64,000 nucleotides of DNA, from the NCBI RefSeq assembly GCF_018350175.1, contig NC_058368.1, positions 209,314,001 through 209,378,000 of the forward strand. The letters are read 5' to 3'. Under the pieces are notes generated by a model. It was not told the DNA's origin. It saw only the letters and a program-made list of their open reading frames with translations, and did not search any database. Of the stretch, positions 12,088-25,550 are shown piece after piece. The stretch's first letter is position 1. Each line of letters begins with the position of its first letter. The position numbers and the translations under genes are program-made. The DNA is from Felis catus. Its lineage: Eukaryota.

Positions 12088-13362
12088 TGGGGAACCTGGC
12101 TGGCTCAGTTGGAAGAGCATGTGACTCTTGATCTTGGGGTTGTGAGTTGGAGCCCCACTTTGGGTGTAGAGATTACTTAACAATAAGATCTTTTAAAAAA
12201 AATTGACACTTCCTGCAGTGAAAGTATTTTTTTTTCCTTATTTCTTTATGGTCCAATTTATAATTGACTTGAATGTCCTCATATTCTTATTTATTTAAAA
12301 AAATTAAAAAAAATTTTTTTCTAACGTTTATTTATTTTTGAGACAGAGAGAGAGCATGAACTGGGGAGGAGCAGAGAGACAGTGAGACACAGAATCGGAA
12401 GCAGGCTCCAGGCTCTGAGCTGTCAGCACAGAGCCTGACGCGGGGCTTGAACTCACGGACCATGAGATCATGACCTGGGCTGAAGTTGGACGCCCAACCA
12501 ACCAAGCCACCCAGGCGCCTCTAAAAAAATTTTGTAATGTTTATTTACTTTTGTGGGAGAGAGCGAGAGAGCGCGTGTGCGCGCATGTGCGAGCAAGTGG
12601 GGGAGGGACTGAGAAGGAGACACAGAATCTGAAGCAGGCTCCAGGCTCTGAGCTGTCAACACAGAGTGCAATGCCGACTGGAACTCACCCACAACGAGAT
12701 CATGACCTGAGTGGAAGTCGGATGCTTAACGGACTGAGCCACCCAGGCACCCCCTCATAGTCTTCTTTAATTTAGGGAACTCCTGGGTGGCTCAGTCCGT
12801 TAGGCATCCGACTCTTGGTCTCGGCTCAGGTCTTGATCTCAGGGTTGTGATTTTAAGCCCAGAGTTGGGCTCTGCACTGGGCGTGGAGTCTGCATTAAAA
12901 AAAACCCAACAAACTAATTTAGGACCTTTTTTTAAAAAAAAAGTGTATTTATTTTGAGAGAGAGAACATGAGCAGGGGAGGGGCAGAGAGAGAGGAAGAG
13001 AGAAAATCCCAAGCAGGCTCCGCTACATGGGCGCAGAACCCGATGTGAGACTCCAACCCATGAATTATGAGATCATGACCTGAGCCAAAACCAAGGGTCA
13101 GATGCTTAACCACTGAGCCACCCAGGCACCCCAATTTAGGACTTAAATTTTTTTTTTTAATGCTTATTATTTTTTTTTTTGAGAGAGACAGAGTCAAGTG
13201 GGGAAGGGAGGGGCAAGAGAGGGAGACAGAGAATCCGAAGCAGCTCCAGGCTCCAAGCTGTCAGCACAGAGCCTGATATGGGGCTCAAACTCACTAACTG
13301 TGAGGTCATGACCTGAGCTGAAATCAGATGCTTAATTAACCGGCTGAGCCACCAGGTGCCCC
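12088..13362. mobile_element. Dense cluster of six Can-SINEs in mixed orientation
   Basis: Heads at about 12088(+), 12519(-), 12752(-), 12775(+), 13132(-), 13362(-). Confidence 0.87.
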
Positions 13363-14010
13363 CAGTTTAGGGCCTTTTAAAATGGATTACTTTTTCTGAT
13401 TATATAAGTGATACATATTTATTATTAAAAAAATAAATTTAGAAAAATGTCTGTAATGAATACACCTGTTATTAAGGAGGAGAAAGAAAAAACTGAGAAA
13501 GACATTTGGAGAAGATAGTAGTGGGTAAAATTTTATCAGCTGAAGATTAAATTTGACTTTCCTCGTAAATGTACTTACTTACTGTTATGGTGGTGTACCT
13601 GATTCTGATTATTTAATATTACTTAATTATGTATTCATAACTCACAATTATATTCTTATAAGTATATTTAAATATATAGTAAGAAAGAAGGTTAATTACT
13701 TAATTCTCTGTAATAGTAAAACTGAACTGCCTTAATTCTTTTCTGAAATAGTTTGTATAAAACTAAATTAAAAACAAAATAGAGTAAATGCCACAATTCA
13801 GGGAATATTTAAAAAACACATAAACCTACATTTTATTTAAGCACTTATGTCTTCCTTACAGATAGATACAATTTAATGTTAGTGTGTTTAACTGACTGTT
13901 TTATCATTCTGTAGCTTTTAATTGTTGTGTTGCTTTTCTTTGGAATAATCTGATTGTTTCCTTTAAGATTTTTCTTTTACTAATTCTTCAATTTTGTGTT
14001 TGTTTGCTAG

Positions 14011-14260
14011 ACCACAGCAGCTTACATTTCAAGATTCAAATAATTCTGTAGATTCAACAGCTTCTGATAGTGACCCTATGAGACAGAGATTTTCTGTAAA
14101 AGCACACTCAAGATTACCCTACCTCATTATTTCTGATGGATACATGGTCACAATCCTTCGATTTCTTGATAACCTCTCTCCATCAGTGCTCATGAGATCC
14201 CTTCTACTTGATTCAACCCAGAGGCTTGAGAAAATGTACCAAAGTATGGTATTGTCTAAG
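14011..14260 (+). CDS. CPLANE1: CPLANE1 exon 8 in window (PQQLTFQ...MVLSK), 250 nt
   Basis: gctag|A acceptor; AAG|gtatag donor; ORF 13994..14266. Confidence 0.93.
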
Positions 14261-14433
14261 GTATAGTGCTTTTGGTATTGCTGGTAAAAGTTGGCTTGTC
14301 TTTTCAGATCTAAAACCATACTGACAGTAATGTCCTTGGATTGTATATAGTTGTCTATAGAATTTTTAATTGCTTGTGATAGAATTACAGATAAAATTTT
14401 GCTCTTGGGTGTCTTTTATCTTTTCTTCTACAG

Positions 14434-14589
14434 CCAAAGGGCAAAGGACTGAACTTGCGATCACTGGATTCCCTAAGGTCTAGCCTGTTAAAACACCAAG
14501 GAAATAAAAGTGTTGCTGATTCTACTGTCCCCAGATTCTTACAGGCAGAAGAAACAATGAACTTAAATGAAAAAGCAGAAGATTTTCAG
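14434..14589 (+). CDS. CPLANE1: CPLANE1 exon 9 in window (PKGKGLNLR...EDFQ), 156 nt
   Basis: ctacag|CCA acceptor; CAG|gtactt donor. Confidence 0.92.
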
Positions 14590-14752
14590 GTACTTAGTAG
14601 GTCTTTTATTTACTTTGAACAGTTACATATTGACTTTATTCCAAGAAACATATTTTATTTTTCTCTTGTTCAAGGGAGAGAAATTTGAGAACACCAGTGA
14701 TTTTACTTATAAGATATTAAATTAAGCATGATTTTCTTCACTCATGTTTTAG

Positions 14753-15522
14753 GATTTTGAAGCAGAAGAAACTAATGAAGGCAAACACTTTCCAAACAAC
14801 TTATTCTCACTTTGGAACCAAAAAAAGGATCCATTGTTCAGTAATGTCAAGGAGGGAAGATTGGAATTTGCGTCTATGTTTGATACGATACATGCAGAGG
14901 ATAATACAGAGGAGACAGACAGAACCATTACAGAACTGCATTCTGTCCAGAAGAATCTCCTTGCAGCATGGTCTATAGGAATTTCAAAAAATGTAACAGA
15001 AAAAAATTTAATGTTAAATTACGCAGTAGTTTGTATCACTCATTTTTTCTACATTCTTCAATTTATAAGATGTCCTTTCCCCAAACTTGATCCTTTTTCA
15101 AGCAAGAGCACAAGACATAATGCATGGGTACTTTGTATCTTTCAACTTTTTCATCAGTGTTTGTCAATCCAGTATTGGGATATGAGATACAAACAAGATG
15201 TGGGACATTTGGTAAAGCTGACCTCAAATACTATAAAGCTTTTGCTGATTCAGCAACAGCAGGGTCAGTTATTTTCAGAGAAGCTTTTGGCTTGTTTTCA
15301 TTTACTCAAAATGGTAGCTGCTAATTTAAATGGCATATACATTCTTCAACCTGAAGTTATTTCAACGTCAGTTGATGGAAGTAGAACAGCAAATCAAGAC
15401 AAATTGGTGGTACCCATTTTTCAAATGTTTCCAGATAGTGGTTCTCAGGAAAACTGGTCTTGGAGTTCATCTTTCAAGATTCATCCTCAAGTAGTAAATC
15501 TTGCTCAACAACCAGGACACAG
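14753..15522 (+). CDS. CPLANE1: CPLANE1 exon 10 in window (DFEAEETNEG...QPGHR), 770 nt
   Basis: ttttag|GAT acceptor; CAG|gtataa donor; contains most of ORF 14834..15553. Confidence 0.94.
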
Positions 15523-16068
15523 GTATAATTACTTTATATTAGGGTACCATTAACATTATAGATGTTTTCCTTTTTGAAAAGTTGAGATATAATTCTCATG
15601 CTGTAAAATTCACCATTTTAAAGTGTAAAATTCATTGATTTTTAGTATAGTCACAAGGCTGTAGAACTCTTAGCACCAATTCCAGAATGTTTCTATAATC
15701 CCAAAAAGAAACTCTGTATCCCTTACCAGTCAGCATTAATAGATTTTTATATTTAAGTCAAATGTTATTCAACAGACATATTAGTCTTGGGCAGCCATGA
15801 TACATGCCCAAGTATTGAAAGATTTTGGTTTAGGTAAGAAGAATGACTATAGAAGAATGACCATGAAGATTTATGAAGATTTAAAAAATGTATTATACTT
15901 TTTTTGATCAGTGGACTTTGTGCTATATTTAAATCTGATCAGTTTGTATATATATTATTGTTTCAATGAAGAATACAGGCAGAAATAATAAGACTAAGTA
16001 GGAGGCTGTACATATTTTTATTCCTAGTCTGAAATTTGGTTTTGATGATTACTTAATTTTGTGTGCAG

Positions 16069-16277
16069 ATTAGCTGTTCTCTGGAGAGTGTTGTACAACA
16101 AAACTTTATGGTATCAAACACAGTTAAATCAAAGACTTCCTGATAGTGACAGACAGTTAACTGAAAAGATGACACAGGAAGCATCTACTGTCAAGGCTCT
16201 GCTATGTCACATACAGGCTAACTTACAGACTGCTGGAATTCGCTTGAACCAGGCGTTAGAACTTAAATCTATCAATG
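16069..16277 (+). CDS. CPLANE1: CPLANE1 exon 11 in window (LAVLWRVLY...KSIN), 209 nt
   Basis: gtgcag|A acceptor; ATG|gtcagt donor; ORF 16061..16285. Confidence 0.92.
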
Positions 16278-16478
16278 GTCAGTAATTTACAAACATTTTT
16301 TTTAACTCTGTGAATAAGCAATATAAGTAACTGGGCTTCTGTTTTATTAATTAGTTTCAATTATTTGTTTTTCAAAATAGTTTCTGGCTGAGCTTTATTT
16401 ACTGAATTTTAAAATGAAGTAAGTTTTTATAAAGTAATTTCATTAACTGTGACTGATTGTTGGTTAAAAACTTTGTAG

Positions 16479-16559
16479 GTGAAGAGTGTTACCTGTTAGG
16501 ATCATATGAAAAGTCTGTCCTAATGTGGAAGAAAGCTCTACAAGAAACTCAAGAGAAAG
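16479..16559 (+). CDS. CPLANE1: CPLANE1 exon 12 in window (GEECYLLGSYEK...QEK), 81 nt
   Basis: ttgtag|GT acceptor; AAG|gtaggg donor. Confidence 0.9.
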
Positions 16560-17189
16560 GTAGGGTAGTGTTAAAAAACAATAGTTGTCATAATATTGGT
16601 AGGAATGTATTTTGACATGCTGTAGAGCTTAAAAATAATTCCAGATTTCAGAGTGCTCACAATTTTTTAATGCTCAAATGGAATACGTATGGTAGGCATC
16701 TTTAGTGTCAGAAATGCTTTTAAAATTATTTTTGGTCTTGGAATTTGTAGCATGAAGAGTTTTTTCTGTTATCTATAGGTAAGGCTCCTTTTGTCCTTTT
16801 TTTTGCTTAGTGATGGAATCTGTGATTGATTATTAATGGGAAAAATGAGTTTTAGATACTAAATAATGTTTTGTTGGGCATTTACCACCTTTTTTACAGA
16901 CTTAGAGAAACACAAAGCTAAGGCTCTCTGCCCTTAGGTAATTCAACTTCAAGAATTTCCCTTGAGTTATGCTTATTGTTAGGTTAAGTTTGGTCTTCAT
17001 GGGGTTTTTGATGAGACTATAAAGATGTAGATTCTAGAAACTGGTGATAGCTTTCATGGTATTGAGGATGTGACTAGGATGACAGAAGTTCTCAGCTAGC
17101 GACCTGGGAACTAGCCATGACTGTAACGACGACATGGTCAGGTTTGGCCAATTATTAAAGTTATTTTCTGACTGCTGTGGCTTTGTATA

Positions 17190-18050
17190 TTTCATTCATT
17201 CACCTATTTAACCAGTATTTATTGAGGTCCTGCTGTGTCCCTAGTACTGTAGTAGGCACTAGGAATAAACAACAATATGGAAGAGAGATTACATAAACAA
17301 CTAGCACTCCTCTTGTTATGTTGTATGGTACATGCTGGAGAAGCACAGAAGAACATTTCCCACAATCTGAAGCTGGAGCATTAGCATTGGTCTGGGGAAA
17401 ACCTGGACTTGACATTTAAAATTGAGTATAAATTGGCCAGTTAAAGCAGTGGTAATGGTTTAACAAAGGAGATAGCATTATAGAAGCAAAAAGGCACGAG
17501 AAACTATGGCAGTTTGGTAAACTGCAAGTTGTTTCATAGGACTAGATCAAATGACATATGTATGTAATATTGGGTGTGGGGTGGTAAGAGGTAGGTAGAG
17601 AAAAGGTGATAAAGGAGCATACTATGCAATATAAAGGGATTAAAATTTTATCCTGAAGACATTGGGATCAGTTAGATACTTTATGTAGGAAAGAGAACTT
17701 TCCAAATGAATATAAGCCATTTGGAAAGATTGCTTTGGTACAATGTGGAAGATCATTTGTAGGAGTGTGGTGTAGATATGTGGGTTTTACATTGAAGCAG
17801 GAAAATCAGTCAGTTGAGGAGGTCCTGAATCAAAGCAATATCAGGAGTACTAGAGAACAGAGGTAACACTTGACAGATACTAAATAGACTTGATCAGCTG
17901 GACTTGTGACTGAGTAGATCTGGAGAAAGAAGTCTAATGTAGTTCTCAGGTTTGGGGATTGTCCAACTGGATGAAGAAGAGTGGCAATCAAGGAGATGAA
18001 AAGTTCTGAGGAAGAAAAGCTTTCATAATGAGTTCCAATATGGACCTTTA
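17190..18050 (-). mobile_element. Old L2 relic
   Basis: ttcattcattca...tatttattgag...tgtgtcc, typical of the reverse complement of the L2 3' end. Confidence 0.6.
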
Positions 18051-18074
18051 TGTTTAATTTCATTTCCAACTTGT

Positions 18075-18560
18075 ATGTACTAGGAACGGCTTTTAATAAT
18101 GGAGACTGGAAGTTGTAGTGGCTTCAACAAGAAAGAAGTTTATTTCTCTTTCTTATGAAAGGAGACTAGAAGTTGACAGTCGAGGGCTGATTTGGTGTTT
18201 CTATGGTCTAAGTAAGGACCCATGCTCCTTTAGTTTTTCTACTCAGTCATCCTTAGTGCATTGCTTCCAATCTTAAGGCTAAGATGGGTACTAGAGCCCC
18301 AGTCATCACATGCATATTCTAGACAGCAGGAAGGAGGAGGGCAGGAAGGGCAAGAAAGGGTACACCTCCTAATAGAATTACCTCCCTTTGAGCAGCTTTT
18401 CTGGAAGTTCTACACAATATTATCTCTTGGTTTGCAACTTAGTCATTTTTTCACTTGGCTACATCTAAGTGAGAAATTGTGATGTGGGTTCATTATTAAC
18501 TCCAAATAAAATTGGAATTCTTTTGCTCAGGAAGAATGGATAAGGGTCAGGCAACCGACA
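18075..18560. mobile_element. Probable MaLR (MLT1-type) LTR relic
   Basis: gtggcttcaacaagaaagaagtttatttctct motif recalled from MLT1 consensus sequences. Confidence 0.45.
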
Positions 18561-19008
18561 GTGTCAGTCCTAAATACCCTCCAGATATTTGAAGGCAGTG
18601 GTCAGGGGCTCCTATCTCATTGGATAGTGCTTCTTCTCCTTTGGGAAGTCTCTTTGACTAACTGTTTGAGAGACATATGGTTTCTTGGGGTTTTCTTTTT
18701 TAGCATGTCTCCTGTTTTATATCATGTACTTGAGATATTGTTAGTGGATTTTAGTGCTGAAATGATGAGGATTTGTAGCTCTTTTGGGATAAAATCTTAG
18801 TCATCCTAGGGCCTGATGAAAGATAATAAAATCATTCAGAACTTAAAATGAAAAAGAACAAATTATTGCTGACCTGTTTTAAGATAAAAACTCTTACTAA
18901 AGTATAAAACAAATACAGAGAAAAAGTCACATAAACTGAGTGTGTAACAGCTTTCATAAGTTGAATATTCCTGTCTACTTTGCACCCAGATCAAGAACAT
19001 TACCTTTC

Positions 19009-19335
19009 TGGGGATCCTGGCTGGCTCAGTCACTAGAGCATGTGACTCTTGATCTCAGGGTTATGAGTTTGAGCCCCACATTGGGTGTAGAGATTGCCTA
19101 AACAAATAAACTTTATTGTTTATTTTGAGAGAGAGACCAATCATGTGAGCCAGGGAGCGGCAAAGAGAGGAAAAGACAGAGAATCCCAAGCAGGCTCCAC
19201 TCTGTCAGCGTGGAGCCTGACACGGGGCTCTAACTCACGAACTGCAAGATCATGACCTGAGCTGAAACCAAGAGTCCAGTGCTTAACTGACTGAGCCACC
19301 CAGGTGCCCCCTAAATAAATAAACTTAAAAAAAAA
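19009..19335. mobile_element. Short plus-strand SINE with a minus-strand SINE nested in its tail
   Basis: Outer TSD AAGAACATTACCTT. Confidence 0.82.
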
Positions 19336-19483
19336 AAGAACATTACCTTGCTAACATGTTTTTTTGTTTTTTTGCTAACTTGTTTTTATTTTTTAATCTA
19401 ATTTATTTTACCTTTTTATTTTTTAATATAATTTGTCAAATTGTGCTAACATGTTTTTAATGTAAACTTAATTCTTGTTTAAG

Positions 19484-19648
19484 GAGGAAGAAGGACATGT
19501 TTTCTTCAGATACGCTATTATCTTTCTCTTTTCTACTGCTATATCTATAGCTATAATTTAAATGATGCTCAAGGAATGTGTGATCAGCTAGTAAGAGAAA
19601 TATTGAAGTGGTCCCACCTACCTGTAAAAGAAAATGAGGATTGTTCAG
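19484..19648 (+). CDS. CPLANE1: CPLANE1 exon 13 in window (GGRRTCFLQIRYY...EDCS), 165 nt
   Basis: tttaag|GA acceptor; CAG|gtatgc donor. Confidence 0.91.
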
Positions 19649-20080
19649 GTATGCATTTCAGCAGTCAGTATGTTTAATCTCATTAATTTGTATTCATAGA
19701 TTTAGATATGAAATTGCTTATACATAAAAGTTGGTTGCTCTGACTAAATTATGTTATGGTGAATTTTGGCCTGTCAACTTCTTATTAGCAAGGATCATGT
19801 TTTATTTTTGCTTTTGTTTTTTAAATCTTTGTCTCCTCAGGGCTTAGCAGTAATTACCTTCCGAGTTAATAGCATTATTTTTTCATAGGCATATTTGTTA
19901 GGCATAATATCAGGTATCCGAGTATTTTTCCTTAGTATATTTATATTTTCTTTAACCATTGCTTAAGGTGGTTTAGTAAAATGATGAAAATCACTTTCTG
20001 AGGTATTCTGAGTCTTTTTTAAAAATTCACTTAAGAGGCTGCAGAGTATCTGAGTTCCCCTTTTTAAAAGAGGTCTATTT

Positions 20081-20290
20081 TGGGGCGCCTGGGTGGCTCA
20101 GTTTGTTGAGCATCCGACTTCAACTCAGGTCATGATCTCGCGTTTGATGAGTTCAAGCCCTGTGTCGGCCTGTGTGCTGACAGCTCAGAGGCTGGAACCT
20201 GCTTCAGATTCTGTGTCTCCCTTGCTCTCTGCTCCTCTCCCGCTCATGTTCTGTCTGTCTCAAAAATAAAATAAACATTAAAAAAATTTT
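20081..20290 (+). mobile_element. Can-SINE
   Basis: Head GGGGCGCCTGGGTGGCTCAG; TSD AAAGAGGT(C/A)TATTT. Confidence 0.9.
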
Positions 20291-21045
20291 AAAGAGGTAT
20301 ATTTAAACTAAGCAATAATGAGAGTGAAAGGTATATATGAACATAGAACATATCTCTAATGGTTATAAGTACTAAACCATTAGGTGTATACTATACATGC
20401 AAATGTGTCTGAAAGGCCTAGTGTATCAGAAGTTTTAAATGGAGTCCATGCCAACTTAGGTTTTTATTGTTTGAGCCACTGTTTATCGATTTCTTGCTCT
20501 TTGTGATTTTTATCTTTTAAAATCTTTGTGTTCCTTAGGGAAGTAATATGTGTTCATTTTATATAATTTTGAAAATATGGAAAATATAAAGAAAATAAAA
20601 TTTACCATTTTTTTGTATACATTTATATGTATATATTATTAGAGCTGTGTATTGTTTTGTAGTCTTTTAAAATTTAATATTTTGATGAATATTTTCCATA
20701 GTAAATAATATTCTTTTTTGAAGCCTATTAAACCTTTTCCCCATTATTGGACATTTCAGTTGCCACCTATTTACTGTTTTAAATAGTGCTGAAGTGTACA
20801 TAAATTTTTGTGAGCATTACTAAAAATTTCTTAAGGATAAATTTCTGTAATTGCCCTCTAGAAAGGTCTGCTAGTTGTGCATTATTGACAGATCTTTCTA
20901 TATGACTTTTTAACTGATTGGACATTCTTCTTTTTTTTTTTTTTTCCAGTGGTGTTATCATTACATGATGTAATTTTTTAAGTCAATTGAACCTATAGTA
21001 ATGTATGTTTTAGTTTTTAATGGCTATTGTTTAGAATATATTAAG

Positions 21046-21831
21046 TGTATCCTTACTGGGTTGGGGGTCTCAAAGACTACCCTTCACGTTCAGTGTTCAC
21101 AGGGAGGATGCTAGGACTCAGAATATAGTTGTACTCAAGGCTATTATCTACTACAATGAAAGGCTCCAAAGCAAAATTAACAGAGGGAACAGGTGCATGG
21201 GGTGAAGTCCAGAGGAAACCAGGCACAAGCTTCCAAGACTCCTTTCCTAGTAGGGTCACACAGGACAGACACACTTAGTTCCTGTAACAACAGGTTGTGT
21301 CAACACATGTGAGATATTACTGACCAAGGAAGCTCATTTAGAGACTCAGTGCTCAGGTTTTTTTTTTTTTTTTAAGTGTATTTATTTAGTTTGAGAAAGA
21401 GAGATCACAAGTGGGAGATGGTTAGAGAGAAGGAGAGACAGAATCCCAAGCAGGCTCCACACCATCAGCACAGGGCCCAGTGTGAGGCTTGAACTCCTGA
21501 ATCGCGAGTTTATGACCTGAGCCAAGATCAAGAGTTGGATGCCGACTGTGCCATCCAGGCACCCCAGTGCTCAGGGTTTTTAATTAGAGGCTGGATAGTC
21601 ATGTAGTCACCCCTCTGCCTAGCCCTTACCAAAATTCTACACTCTCAGAAGGAAAATAGGTGTTCAGCATAAACCACATTGATTGTGCAGTTAGGTCTAG
21701 TGAGCCACTCTCATTAGTTAAGGTGGTAGGAATCCTTTCCAAATCCAAGTTCCCAGATGCTATCCAAGGGTCAGCATTATAAGCAAAACTTTCAAGTAGT
21801 CAGGCCTGCTATGTTATCTTTTTCCTGCACA
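21046..21831 (-). mobile_element. MER21-like solo LTR with nested SINE (about 21358-21565)
   Basis: Right end reverse-complements to TGTGCAGGAAAAAGATAACATAGCAGGCCTGA, close to the recalled MER21 5' end; the SINE has TSD CAGTGCTCAGG. Confidence 0.75.
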
Positions 21832-22568
21832 CTTACCTCATTAAATCATTTTATATAGTTATAATTTTTATTTCGTAAGATTGTCATTATTAACATCATC
21901 ACTGTGCTACACACAGAAATACCCTTTCAAAATTGTTTTACTTATGAATTGATACAGTTTTACTCTGTGATCATCTTTTAGAATTAGGTTGCTCTCCATT
22001 TAAGGAGCTTATTTCTGGCTTTGCATAATGAATTTTGTATGATTAAAATTACTGGAAATCTTGCCTTTGTATAATTCCTACAGTAAGTTTTATCCAGGAG
22101 AGAATAATTCTTACCTATGTATTTTTAACTTTAATGTGAAGAAATAGTAGGATTTTTCCAAACGTTTAATGACCAAATGAAGAATACTACTTGGAGGCTA
22201 ATAAGATTTTCTCAAGATCCCCTTTATGAAAAAAAAAGTTTATTAATAATCCTGAGTGCCTACTCTATGAGGAAGAGTAGTGTTAAGTGCTGAAATATAT
22301 GGTGACAAGACGGAAATGGTCCATATGCATATAGAACTTAATATCCTTATGAATATATCAAGTGACTTCTGGGAAAGAAAAATATTTTGCTACTATTGGG
22401 GCCATAAATTTCATAAAAATTAATGTTACTGTAGTATTTATATTTAATAGTTTCACTATTTTCAAATTTCTGAATGCCAGTTTTTATAACTGAGTTTTGA
22501 TTCTCAAATAGGGATGACATGTTTGCTCCTGCTAATTTATACATCAGAATCACTGCAGAAATCCTAAC

Positions 22569-23432
22569 GGGGGCACCTGGGTGGCTCAGTCAGTTAAGCG
22601 TCGGACTTCTGCTCAGGTCATGATCTCGCGGTTTGTGGGTTCGAGCCCCACATCAGGCTCTGTGCTGACAGCTCAGAGCCTGGAGCTTCAGATTCTGTGT
22701 CTCCCTCTCTCTCTGACCCTCCTCTGTTCATGCTCTGTCTGTCTCTGTCTCAAAAATAAATAAAACATTAAAAAAATAAAAAAAAAGAAATCCTGATGTA
22801 ACTCCCACTCCCTTACCCGCTTTCTCCCTCTACCCTACACATTCCTTTTGTCCCTACCTTCTAAAAGAATCTTATAACAATGAGCCATTCTTACTAATGG
22901 GAGTGTATTGTAATTCCCAGACCTAATGGTATAGAAGACAGCATTAAGAATCAGTGTTGTAGTGCTTTTCAGATTATATACGTAGTAAGCTCTGCCTCCT
23001 TTAATCAAAGAAAAAAAAAATTAGGGAAGGAAGAAAGGAAAATAATGAAATCTAAGCTTGTGAATCCATCATGGCTGGATTGTTTTGTATTTATCCTTCC
23101 ATGTTTTAAAATAAAACTGGTAACTAAAAGTCATCAGCGGTTCTTAAGTGCATGTGCTCGTAATTATCAGCTAATTATTTCTGTTCTACTGTCCTCAAGA
23201 AGCGTAAATACTTATTATGAATTAGCTCAAGGATGCCTGGGTGGCTCAGTCATTTCTGCCGCCAACTCTTGATTTCAGCTCAGGTCATGATCTCCTAGTT
23301 TTTGAGTCTGAGCCCTTTGTCGTAGGGCTCTGTGCTGACAGTCTGCTTGGTATTCTGTCTCCCTCTCTGTCTGCCCCTACCCTGCTTGTTCTCTCTCTCT
23401 CAAAATAAATAAAAATAAACCTAAAAAAAACA
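22569..23432 (+). mobile_element. Two separate Can-SINEs (about 22569-22786 and about 23231-23432)
   Basis: SINE heads, (CT)n, A-tails; TSDs AGAAATCCT and AATTAGCTCA. Confidence 0.85.
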
Positions 23433-23577
23433 AATTAGCTCATACAGGTAATGGATGCTCATCTCAGAAAAAAATTTAAATTATAATTTTCCTCTTATGT
23501 AATGTTGGGAACCTAAATATTATTACCTTTTGACAGTTTGATCAGAATCTCCTTTGGTCATTTGCTGTATTCCTTAG

Positions 23578-23751
23578 TTCCTGAGAAGTCTCATTCTGGG
23601 TTTGGAATGACGAGAAGTGCTCATCCTGAGGCGGCAGTAAAGGTTATCCAGTCCATGGCTCGCTTCATGGCCGCCTATTTCACCAATCAGCCACTTTGCA
23701 TTTTGCCACCTCACAATGTGAATGTTCTTCCTCCCCTTCATACTAAAACAG
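23578..23751 (+). CDS. CPLANE1: CPLANE1 exon 14 in window (VPEKSH...HPEAAV...LHTKT), 174 nt
   Basis: ccttag|TT acceptor; CAG|gtaata donor; ORF 23538..23771. Confidence 0.91.
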
Positions 23752-23965
23752 GTAATATAGTAAGCAAATAATTTTCTCACTTTGTTTATTCACATAATAT
23801 TTAAAATCATATTATACAGTGATCATTATTCTATGGGAATAATACTGTTCTAGCTTAGTGTATGACACATAGGAGATTCTCAGTGACTGTAAACGAATAA
23901 AATCTGAGAAAGGTAATTGCTTGGGTTTGTTTTTATTGAATATGGATTGTTTAATTACAGTATTA

Positions 23966-24483
23966 TAGTTGACCAATGAACAATGCAGGGTTAGTGGTGA
24001 CGACCCCCTGTGCAGTCAACAATTCACATATAACTTCTGACTCCCCAGAAACTGTCAATAAACTAGTTGGCCAGATGCCTTATCCATAAGATAAACCGTT
24101 AATACACATTTTGTATAATATACTGAATTCTTATAATAATGTAAGCTAGAAAAAAGAAAATGTTAAGAAAATTATACGAGGGGCTCCTAGGTGGCTCAGT
24201 TGGTTAAGTATCAAACTTCGGCACAGGTGATGATCTCATGGCAGTTTGTGAGTTTGAGCCCCATGTCAGGTTCTGTGCTGACAGCTCAGATTCTATGTCT
24301 CCTTTTCTCTCTATCCCTCCCTTGTTTGTGCTCTGTCTCTCTCTCAAAAATAAATAAACTTAAAAATTTTTTTTTAAATTATACAAGAAAATACATTTAT
24401 ATTACTGTACTGTATTTATCAAAAGAAATCTGCATGTAAGTAGACCTGCACAGCTCAAATCCATGTTGTTCAAGGGTCAACTG
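23966..24483. mobile_element. Tigger2-family non-autonomous DNA transposon with nested SINE (about 24180-24375)
   Basis: Terminal inverted repeats TAGTTGACCAATGAACAA / TTGTTCAAGGGTCAACTG flanked by TA. Confidence 0.8.
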
Positions 24484-25550
24484 TATTTATTATTTATTAT
24501 TATTTATTATTATTTATTATTTATTATTTATTTATTTATTTATTTTGGTGGTTTTACATTTAAGCTCTCTTTTTGTTATAGCCCTAGGTATTTATCACTT
24601 GTGTTCCCTATCTTTGGTAGTAATGTTTCTGACAACAAATTGTATCCTTAGTTTGCATCATTTTACTGAATAGAAGAAGGAGCACTCCGTGTGGTTTTTA
24701 GAAAAATCTTAAAAAAAAAAAGGTCAAATCCTGACTTAGAAAATTTGTCTCAATTTCTTGTCTTTCCTATCCTATATTATTTATAGGATTTGAGCTGTTT
24801 GGCATGATCTTTTCAGATCACTTTGCATACCTAGGGAACATTGATTTTTCTCACACTGTAGGAAAAAAGGTGATAGAATTATTGAATTGATTTTGGACAT
24901 ATTCATAAACATTTCTAAAAGCTCAAAGACACACCTTTTAATTCCTTTTAATTTATATTTGTTTGTAAATATCTTCCCAGTGAGAGGAGAGGCTAGGAAA
25001 GAAAATTTTGTGATCTCTTCCTAAGCCTGAGACGGTGATTACTGAAAATCTAAATACCTGAAACTTGGTATATAGCCTTTAGTTTCTTTAATTTCCTAGT
25101 ATCTTGAAAAAGGGTATCTATAGTCTTGACTTACAATAGATTTCATGTTAATCTTTTAAATCAGAACTAGTGGCAGAATGTATTGGGGATTTGTGTTGCT
25201 TATTTGATGTGATGTTTATTGTATGAAAGCAAAGCAATAAAATTTTCAGAAAATTAAATCATTCAAGTTCTTTCAATAGTACAGTACCTTTCTCATAGTA
25301 AATGAAAAGCTAGGACAAATTTAATCAATCTCCTGGCTGTTTGCCTATGCAGAATCAAACATTCAAGTGAATGACGAAATTTTTCCTTTCTATCCAAATG
25401 TGTTTGTCAAAGAGCCAAAGTGTTAGTGTTTGGTGTGGGGAGAGACTATGTTGATCACATGAGAAGCTAATTGTTTCAAGAAGCAGAAACCCACGTATAC
25501 TATTTGCCAGTTTTATTTTGAGGGAGTGAGTGGAAATCTTAGCAATATAT

